A stretch of DNA of 61,372 nt, the filler included, from Trichosphaerium sp. ATCC 40318 (lineage: Eukaryota > Protista > Tubulinea): the NCBI GenBank assembly GCA_038496445.1. It is 3 parts of 3 records of this genome, joined end to end, with 100 filler letters (N's around TTAATTAATTAA, not from the genome) between each part and the next. Parts side by side here need not be neighbours in the genome. Positions count along the whole stretch, not along the records: positions 1 to 18,697 come from JALMLS010000099.1; positions 18,798 to 37,396 come from JALMLS010000264.1; 1 more part is not named here. The stretch is one strand, 5' to 3'. Made by a program: the position numbers and the translations under genes. The notes beneath the pieces are model-generated. The model did not search any database. It had not been told where the DNA came from and was given only the letters and a program-made list of their open reading frames with translations. Below are positions 12,211 through 21,047 of the stretch, piece by piece; position 1 is the stretch's first letter, and each line of letters opens with the position of its first letter.

Positions 12211-12680
12211 CAGTAGTAAAATAGAAATGGGAATTTTTAAGTAATCCACCTTGTTTTCCTATGGAAAAAGTAAACGGAAAAACTCTTCCTTCATTCCCAT
12301 TGAATTTATATGAAATTCCGTAAGTATTACCCATAGAATTCTTAGAGTATTACTTTTGGAATTGCATACAGTACTAAAATAAAAAGAGGAAAAATAAAGG
12401 GAATCCTTACAAAAAATCAAGGGAATTTTAGACCACCAATCCCGGGGTATTTTATCCTAAATAGATGAGGAAATTTCCTTAAAAATCCTTGGGGTAATTC
12501 TTTCAAAAATCCCTAGTGTAATTTCCTCAAAAATCCCTGGTGTAATTCTCTCAAAAATCCCTAATGTAATTCTCTTAAAAATCCCCAGTGTAATTTTCTC
12601 AAAAATCCTTGGTGAATTGCATTAAAAGTCGTACACTAAAACGCAATATTTATTAAAGTTTTACATAGTAATTACAACTA
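12211..12680 (+). mobile_element. Two stacked CAGTA-type transposon ends (12211 and 12369); the second has a 24-bp tandem array at about 12470-12620
   Basis: CAGTAGTAAAATA at 12211 and TA|CAGTACTAAAATA at 12369. The unit CAAAAATCCCTRGTGTAATTYYCT is repeated about 6 times. Confidence 0.6.
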
Positions 12681-12681
12681 T

Positions 12682-13350
12682 TAGGGTTAGGGCATAGGGT
12701 TAGGGACTATGTGATTTTTATTCGCCAAATATCGTCCTGTACGGGCCATCGCAGGTAGGTGCAAAAATGCTGAAGGCATTTTTGTGCTCGAATTAATATG
12801 GCGCTTCATCCTATAATATGCTGCATTAAATACACACATAAAATTATGCTAGGGTTGTGTTGACATTGTGTATTTTTTTCCTTACAAGTTTAGAATTGAC
12901 TACTATTGAGCTAGGGTTAGGGCTAGGGTTGAGTTGACATAAGATTTTTTTTTTTTACAAGTTACATTACTGATAATTATTTTATCCAAGGGCCATCACA
13001 AGTAGGTGTGAAAATGTTAAAGGCATTTTCATATTAGAATCAATCAATAACTTCATTTTATGCTATATTGTATTAAAACCACACATAAAATTACATTAGG
13101 GTTGTGTTGACATTGTGTATTTTTTTCCTTACAAGTTTACAATTGACTACTCTTGAGCTAGGGTTAGGGCTAGGGTTGTATTGACATTAAATGATTATTC
13201 ACCGAACCCACCTAAGCCCTTAGCTGGCTTCGGCGAATATCTTTCGGTGAAATAATAATTTAACCAATAGTATCCAAAAGATAACACAAATTTAATGATT
13301 ATTCGCCGAACCCACCTAAGCTTCAGCGAATATTTTTCGACGAAATAATT
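12682..13350 (+). repeat. Repeat family C copy 2 with an internal partial duplication and two ATTCRCCGAA...TTCRGCGAAT hairpin units
   Basis: Matches 10298-10611. Segment 13010-13185 repeats about 12760-12940. Hairpins lie at about 13197-13238 and 13301-13331. Confidence 0.85.
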
Positions 13351-13373
13351 GTGTATTTATTTCAAGTGAAAGG

Positions 13374-14238
13374 TTAATTTGAACCATACATTACTACATA
13401 CCTTATCATATCACTTAAGCCAATTTCGTTTTTTGCTCCTTATACACTAACATAAATTACCCAATCATTGATGGTTTGTAGGAGTTTATAGCAGTATACG
13501 TTGATTTGGTGAGCCATTCTTTGATTTTTGGATTTTTTTTTGATTTTTCCAATGGGGATTTTTTTTAACAAAAAGTTGAATACATCTTTGCTTGGAGGCT
13601 GCAGTTACACAACAGTCTACATTTCACTTATACATATACATGTATGCCATTTTGCTCAAGGAATCCAATGCATTTATCTATTTTGTCATACCTATCCATC
13701 ATAAATAGTTATTAATTCATTTATATGTTTTACCTTTTATAACATATGTTTTCGAAAATGGTCACAGCCAACACCATGATGGATTGATTGCAATTGAGAT
13801 TATGCAGTATCTAACATAGCAATAATAACAAGTACATAGTTTATTTGGTGGGGTGGCATATATGTGATCCAAAATCAATAAAATACAAATATTTCCTCTA
13901 TTTTTTCATTTTTTACTGGTTGTTCACCATAACCCCTATGAATATTTACTTTAAATGTTATTATATATTTATATACTATATATAAGCTTATATAAAACAA
14001 AAAAATGATGATTGGATTTGAAGGCTTAAAAGCATTTTAAGATCATGCCTTTTTTGAAAAATGATGATGTTATTGTTTGTTGATAACAAGCTTCCACATA
14101 TTATCTATAATGTGCAATTCTTCATTTTTCTATTAATAACCATTATGAAATCATCATATAAATTTATTGTATATACATAAATGATATTGATGAAGTTATT
14201 TGCAAGCATATTTTATGGTAAAAAACCAAAAAAATGGC
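13374..14238 (+). repeat. Diverged (older) family A copy
   Basis: Colinear with 11165-12025, with many C>T and G>A changes. Confidence 0.85.
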
Positions 14239-14488
14239 AGTAACAGTGAAAGTGAAAGTGACAGTGTTATTTTTTTGATAATGAAGATTTTGTTTACAAA
14301 AACCTGTAAAAAAAAAACCATTTACTAAACACAATCTTTAAATTGATTTATTAGATATTAAGTAAAGAGTATTAAAAGTTGTTGTGTATGAACAAACAAA
14401 ATTACCATAGTTAGTGAAAAAAAGGTTTTTGTGTATTTATTGGTTGTTTTGTTAAAGTGGAATTAGGATAAAGGTAGTGTAAAATAGA

Positions 14489-14998
14489 GTTAGGGATTTA
14501 ATTTGAACCATGCATTACCGCATACCTTAACATATCGCTTAAGCCAATTTCGTTTTTTGTACCTTGTACATTGGCATAAATTACCCGATTGCTGGTGGTT
14601 TGTAGGATTTTATAGCAGTATACGTCGATTTGGTGAGCCATTCTTTGATTTTTGGATTTTTTTTGATTTTTCCAATGGGATTTTTTTAGCAAAAAATTGA
14701 ACACATCTTTGCTTGGAGGCCGCAGTTACATGATCACCTATAGTTCACTTATGCATATACATGTATGCCATTTTGCTCAAGGAATCTAATGCATTCATTT
14801 ATTTTGTCATACCTATCCATCATGAATAGTTATTAATTAATTTATATGTTTTACCTTTTATAGCATATGTTTTCGAAAATGGTCATGGCCAACAACATGA
14901 TGGATCGATGGCGACTGAGGATATGTAGTGTCTAGCATAGCAATAATAACAGGTATATAGTTTATTTGGTGGGGTTAGGGTTAGGGTTAGGGTTTAGG
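14489..14998 (+). repeat. Family A copy starting at an internal TTAGGG and capped by (TTAGGG)3 TTTAGG at 14975-14998
   Basis: Begins TTAGGGATTTAATTTG. Homology ends at TTTGGTGGGG, where telomeric repeats begin. Confidence 0.9.
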
Positions 14999-15313
14999 AG
15001 TATGTACCAACCGTATTTTTTTGTACACTACTCTACCCTGTTGTAAAATTTTTTCGATTTTTTTGGCTTTTTTTTATGTTTTTTGCACATACAATCTCCC
15101 TGTAGGGTTACAGCAAGATAGGGTTTTTTACAAACCCAAGACCTCATCAACAATCTTGCAAACTGTCAAATTCTCATTTTTTTCTTACTTTTTTAAAACA
15201 GGCGAAATTTCCGGTGCACATTTCGAAACACGAAATATTCCTGTCTATTTCTCAACGCGCTTGTTGGGGAAAAAAAAGCCTCATTTTACTTTTTTGACTT
15301 TTCATAAATCAAG

Positions 15314-18300
15314 AATGAGCTCAGATAAAGACCTCTCTCTCATAAATATTGAGTTTTCTGATGAGAATGAGCCCTCCAAAGAAGCTGATGGTAAGTCCAG
15401 GCTCAGGAGGAAAAAACTACTAGGTACTAACCTCTTTTTTTACTCTTTTTTTTTTTAAAACCCCCTTTATTAGTCTTATTTTAATTTTTAAAGACTAATA
15501 AAGGGGGTTTTTTTGCTTTTAAATGGTTTTTTCAAAGACCCTAATTTTTCAAATAAATTTCGAAAAAAACCGACGGTTTTTGTACACGGTTTTCATGTGT
15601 ACGATTTTTTCGTTACCATGCGTTTTTTTTGTATGGTAGAACCAAACTCAAACAAGGGGTTTTGTAACACGCAGAACGGTGTGCATTGTTTTTTGTTTGG
15701 TTTTGGTTCACACTGTTTTATTTTGCTTTAATTTTCAACAGCGAGCTCGCTGCGGCATTAAAACACGTATATCGCGTGTTCAAAAGTTGTGCTAGTTGGC
15801 GGTTGGTTTTGGTACACAATTAAATTGTGTACTTTTTTTTAAATATTTTTTTGTTGTTTTGCTTTTTTTACAGACTGCGAGCTTGCTGTACGATTTTAAA
15901 CACGGTTTTTATGTGTTCGTACATGACCGCGAGCTCGCGGTCGGTTTTTGTACACATAAAAAGTGTGTACTTTTTTAAAAACCGTTTTTTTTTGAAAGTC
16001 TTGCTTTATAACTGACTGCTTGCTTGGTATATGGTATACAACACATGTTTATTGTGTTCGTACCTGACCTCGAGCTCGCGGTCGGTTTTCGTACACATAA
16101 AAAGTGTGTACTTTTTAAAAAACCGTTTTTTTTTGAAAGTCTTGCTTTATAACTGACTGCAAGCTTGCCGTTGCGTACGTAACACGTTTTTAATGTGTTT
16201 GTTTCCGACCGCGAGCTCGAGGTCATATTTTTTACACGAAAAACCCGTGTTTGTATTTTCGTTAGTTGTAACCATTTGATGTGCCATCTTCTAATACTCT
16301 TTTTAGCTCCAACAAGCCCTGGTTGGATGGTTGTGAGTACCCATGGAAACCACAACACTGAAAAAAAAATTGTGGGTACTCTAATTGGAGAACACAGAGA
16401 TGTTATCTTTGGTTTTGAGTAAGTTGGTTTTTTTTTTTTTTTTTTTTTTTGTGTTGTGCATTTTTTTTTTTACCCATTTAATTTTGCGTTCGACGCAACA
16501 CGCGCGGCGCATGTTCGTAAACGTAGCTGCCATTTATTTTTATTTATTTTTTGTTTTTTTTTTTTTTTTTTATTTTTAATTCATTTCAATTAATTTATCT
16601 ATGTAGAGGTGTTATCATAGCCAACCAGTTGGTTTATGCTAAAACCATGCCCATCAAAAGGATGAAGAGATGCCTAAATGGGTTTTTTGCTGCCAGCTTT
16701 GATAATGTGTTGGAGTCCCAAATAACTCCTAACAACAAGCTGAAGGCAGCATTCAAGGTACGTTTTCCGATACATACACGCGTGGGCTGTGTTTGTTTTA
16801 TTTCGTTTTTTTTTTTTTTTTTTTTTTTTTGTTTTTTTTTTTTTTCTGATTTTTTTTTTTTTGATTATTTTTTGATTTTTTTCCTAAAGTATTCATAACA
16901 CAGTTTTCATGTGTCGAATGTGTGACCGCGAGCTCGCGGTCGTGTACGAACACTTAAATATCCTGTTGTAAAATCGTCGGCTTTTAGGTTTTTTTGTTTT
17001 TTTTTTAAATTAATTAATTTGTTTCTTTAGGAGAGATTTCCATTTGTTGAAGGAGTAGACCAACTGCAGAAGTTTATAGAAGATGTCAAAAAAATCTACT
17101 CCTCGGATGAAGAAAAGTGGTGGAAGCCGATGCACTTCGAAGGCAACTACACCAGAGATTACAAGGAGCACGAACCCATGCCGAGAGAACACGGAGATGA
17201 GGAATCGAAGGTAGAGGAAAAGGAGAGGAATGGATGGATTATAAGCTGCAAGTGGAGACAGTTGTATTGGCAGGTGCTACTTTGGACTGGCATATTCTAC
17301 ACAGCCATGGGACTTCATGTCACAGATTCTTGGTACTACATTGCCCTTCTTTTGGTCCATTTTAGAGATTCCTTGAGCTTTGGCAATGATTCAGATTTCC
17401 ATCTCTTTGTGGAGTAAGTAACAATTTTCGCGATATTTTTTTAACACGCGTTCTATGCGTTCGAAAACGAACGTTGTCGTTTTTTTTTTTTTTTTTGTTT
17501 TTTTTTTTTTTGTTTTTTTTTTATTTTTAACTTTTATGTAGCTACATGAAGTCAGGCACCAATAAATTGAATGGCTGCATCATAAAGTCATCAATAAAAA
17601 AGGCCTTGCTAAGAGGGATTGCTGCCAACTCTATCAACAAGAAGTATCTGAGAGTGAAGAAGCCCTCATTTTACAAAGGCCCCTTGGACATGTCACACAT
17701 AGCTTGTTTTTTGAATGTCAGAGGAGTCAACCCCAGGAACATTATACAGAAGATGCCTATTTATGAAACCTTTACCAAAAGGTTTGTGCTTTGCCCTATG
17801 CCTATTGTTTGGTGTGATGAGTACAATACAGACCCTATTGTTGGCTTTGGAGTTGGAGATGGAGCACACTGTCTTTTGACAGAGTTGGCGTACGTTCTCG
17901 AATATTTTCGAACATGTGTTTTACGTGTTGGTCGACCGACCGCGAGCTCGCGGTCGTGTTCGAACACGAGATTTTCCTGTCGTAAAAACTCGAACGACGA
18001 ATCAGTTTTTTTTTTTTGTTTTTCCTTATTGTTCAATTGTTTCTTACTTGTTTGCCTTAGACAAAATGCAGCTAAAACCTGCAAATTTGCAATCAAAAAT
18101 GTGGAGTGGATAAATCCTTTCGCCAAGATGCAAGCGATAGCGATCTACTGCACCAAGATCAACTTTTTGCAAAGTCTGACCACTCCAGACTCCAAGGTGG
18201 ATCGCTACCGCCACCTGTTCAAGATGTGGTGCGACGACGCGGGCCAGGTCTTCGATTACCAAGCGGAGGCGGGAGATATAGGTAAGGTGAATTTTGCGAT

Positions 18301-18375
18301 ATGGGGAGCCAGCAGAGTCAAACCTCAGCTCAGTCCTGCTGAATGGAAAGAGGTGAGGGTTGTTTTTTTTTTTAA

Positions 18376-18407
<32 letters not shown>

Positions 18408-18697
18408 CGCAAGTATTTTTAAACAGAAGTTTCGCGTGTCGTAAATCGCACCGCGAGCTCGCGGTCGCGTGCGAACACTAAAATACTCTGTTGTAAAACT
18501 GACGATTTTTAGTTTGTATTTTTTTTTTATTTGTATGTTATAATGATTGTTTTGTTTAGTTTTTGGTCAAGATGAATCTATACTTTCCATATGTGACCAA
18601 CTGGAAAGAAAGCAAGCAGTTTGTTAAGGCTGGCATGTTTTTTGAGCCATTAGACAGTGCTCTGATAGCAGAATTGGTTGCATCTGCTGAAAATGTG
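15314..18697 (+). CDS. Multi-exon gene with a ParB/Sulfiredoxin-like domain, 3' end lost in the gap; probably element-borne
   Basis: Exons at about 15314-15390, 16307-16418, 16607-16757, 17030-17413, 17541-17889, 18061-18351 and 18560-gap splice in frame via GT-AG. The segment PMPIVW...FGVGDGAHCLLTELA...AIAIYCTKINFLQSLTTPD resembles ParB (PI.V...DG.HR..A...N.....T..D). Confidence 0.6.
15739..16260. repeat. 141-bp tandem repeat in intron 1, each unit carrying the GACCGCGAGCTCGCGGTC palindrome or a variant
   Basis: Palindrome starts at 15925, 16066 and 16207 give an exact 141-nt period. Confidence 0.9.
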
Positions 18698-18797
18698 NNN
18701 NNNNNNNNNNNNNNNNNNNNNNNNNNNNNNNNNNNNNNNNNTTAATTAATTAANNNNNNNNNNNNNNNNNNNNNNNNNNNNNNNNNNNNNNNNNNNN
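18698..18797. other. Artificial assembly spacer (N run with the six-frame stop linker TTAATTAATTAA)
   Basis: 100 nt, identical in design to 37397-37496. Confidence 0.98.
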
Positions 18798-19414
18798 TTC
18801 ATCTGCTTAAAGGTGTTCATCATCGACCTACTCTGACTAGAGTGACTGATGAATGCTTAAAAGCTTTGGGGGTGTTCACACTATTATACTGAGGTGCACA
18901 AAAATAACAGATGATGGCATTCATGCGCTCAAACTTGTTCACACAATTGGCCTTTCAAATACAAGTGTAACAGGTGACTGTTTCTCTTCTTTGGCTTGTC
19001 CACACTATTGCTATTTCGAGTTGCCCTATTGCTACTGGTGTACAGAACTCAAAGGTGTTCATTCAATCTGCTTAGCTGAAAAAAACCATCACAAACAAGG
19101 ATCTATGCGCTCTTGCTGGTGTACATACCATTCACCTTACTGCCACATCAGTGACAGATGAAGGTATAAAAGCGCTTGCTGGAGTTCATTCTGCTACTCT
19201 TATTAATACATCAGTGACAGATGAAGGCATCAAAGCGCTTAAAGGTGTACATTGGATTAACCTCAGTGGTTGTACACAGATAACAGATTATGGCATCAAA
19301 GCATTAAAAGGAGTACAGGCAATTACCCTCAGTAACACACCAGTAAAAGATGAAGTCATTAAAGCGTTGAAAGGAGTTCATACAATTATCCTTAATCACT
19401 TCAGTGACATATGA
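18798..19414 (+). pseudogene. Frameshifted LRR gene fragment of the GVHTI.L...VTDEGIKAL family
   Basis: The same repeat as the F-box-LRR genes at 52994 and 55985, split across frames. Confidence 0.8.
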
Positions 19415-19505
19415 CGGTATTCAAGCGCTAGCTGGAGTACACCAACAAACCATAAAGCTAGCATTGCAACAATTATAATTTTTTTCGTATTTTACAAGAT
19501 TTTTG

Positions 19506-20946
19506 CTAGTGCCATATTGAATCTGTGTCAGTAGAACTTTTTACGTATGGTACAGAAGGATTTTCTTCCCTCCAGTTTTCAGTCGTAGACGAGTAGTATG
19601 TTGTAATAACCATATTTTCTAAGGTGCAAAAGTTACATGCTTGTAGTTAACAATTTAGGTTTTTGCTACATGATATTATTGTATTCGTACTTGGTTTGCA
19701 GCAACTGAAAACGTTTGAACCATACATAAACAAGAACGTATTAAATATTGGGAATAGGATATGTGGTATTGATTCAAGCACTTCAAGAACAAACGGCTAA
19801 AAAAGTGTATGAGTTTCGAGCGTGTTGAAAACCAGACGTTTTCTTTACATACTGTGTTTTCGTAATCAAGAAGCACGTAGACATATAACACTCCTGAGAA
19901 TACATAGCATAATAGAAACGCAAGAGGGTATCCAATAAGTTTTACAATAAGTGGTGCTAATAAATCCTTAGCACTGTTTACATTCATAGCTTTCTGGCAA
20001 AGAGGTTAATCGTGTAAACAAGCCAATAAAGATTGAACGTACTCTGAAGTTCACAACGAAAAATAGCTCGTATATTGACAATGCGTTGAGTACAGCAATA
20101 AATATGAATGAAATAAAGAACGGGAATACAGACACAAGCCCAAATAATCTATCGAGTTAATGACAGCGAGATATTGGTACAAACGTACAACTTATCTAAA
20201 AGAGACTGACCCTTCATGAAGCACCTATTAACAGCTGTTACTAACACCTTTTGATATCGCGTCACTTACCCGCCCCAAGGCTCTCGACCATAAGTTCTTG
20301 TAGCAAAAGGTGCCAGAGCCATGACAAGAGGAAACACAAAAATGAAGAATAGTATAAAAGGCTCCGCAACCACAACTGTTTTCCTTGTGCAAAACAGTCA
20401 ACTTAAAAAAACACGTTTATATTTTGGCATGTGCGAGCACGTGATTTTATACAATAAAAAAAAAGTACACGTGATTTTACATGTAAAAGGTTAAAAAAAA
20501 AGGATCACGTGATTTATGTACACCGATAGATAAGCGTACTTGTACTTGATACAGAAGAATATATTTACAGAAATTGCTGTGACGACGAAAAATACTGTCA
20601 AGTGAGTATAAACAGCGAAATAAGCTGCCAAGGAGCAAAACGGTTCTAAAGTGTCTTTAGCAAAACTTTCAGGCATTCAAGCAAGTATAAGTCTATAAGG
20701 TTGCTTGGTTTTGTGCGTACTAATAGTTTTTAGGGAGGATAGAGCGAATATTATTTCGCTAAGGCATAATACCCAATCTACAATCGATAAATACAATAGT
20801 AGACGCGTGGAAAAGTCTGTCATGTCTCTGTAGAAGAATAGAATCAAGAACATCCATGTTGCCAGTATTAAGGCTATGAGACCAACTACCACTGTAGAAA
20901 ATAGGAAAAACTGTTCTTCGCTGATAGCTACTAAGACTAACACCAT
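19506..20946 (-). CDS. 7TM GPCR, Dictyostelium cAMP-receptor-like (CAR/Crl) family, multi-exon
   Basis: TM2 RLLLYLSIVD, TM3 FCSLAAYF..AISVNIF, TM4 followed by YG..WG, and TM6 KLIGYPLAFLLCY. Confidence 0.75.
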
Positions 20947-21047
20947 ATTGATGGGGCAACCTCAGCCGCAGAAATTTATTTTCATGAATTTTTTTCGTGG
21001 TCAAACTTAGGTTCACAACCTTTTTGCGGATAGCGTGTGAGCACAGT

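Noticed and set aside
12211-12225. AGTAGT as a Polinton/Maverick terminus
   Set aside because: Copies consistently start with C and two of three follow TA, which fits Tc1/mariner/pogo-type ends better; no polB, integrase or capsid genes were seen.
2336-14704. Short ORFs inside family A (2336, 3246, 3694, 10213, 11275, 14498, 14503)
   Set aside because: They are not preserved between copies and have no recognisable domains; chance ORFs in repeats.
14870-14925. GAAA...CTGAGGA in family A as a possible hammerhead ribozyme core
   Set aside because: Stems I and III and the UH cleavage site could not be formed convincingly.
15739-16260. Palindromic repeats at a fixed 141-nt period resembling CRISPR or REP arrays
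   Set aside because: The whole 141-nt unit is repeated, so there are no unique spacers; it is an intronic tandem repeat.
18742-18753. TTAATTAATTAA palindrome within N runs (also 37441-37452)
   Set aside because: Artificial six-frame-stop linker used to join contigs; not biological.
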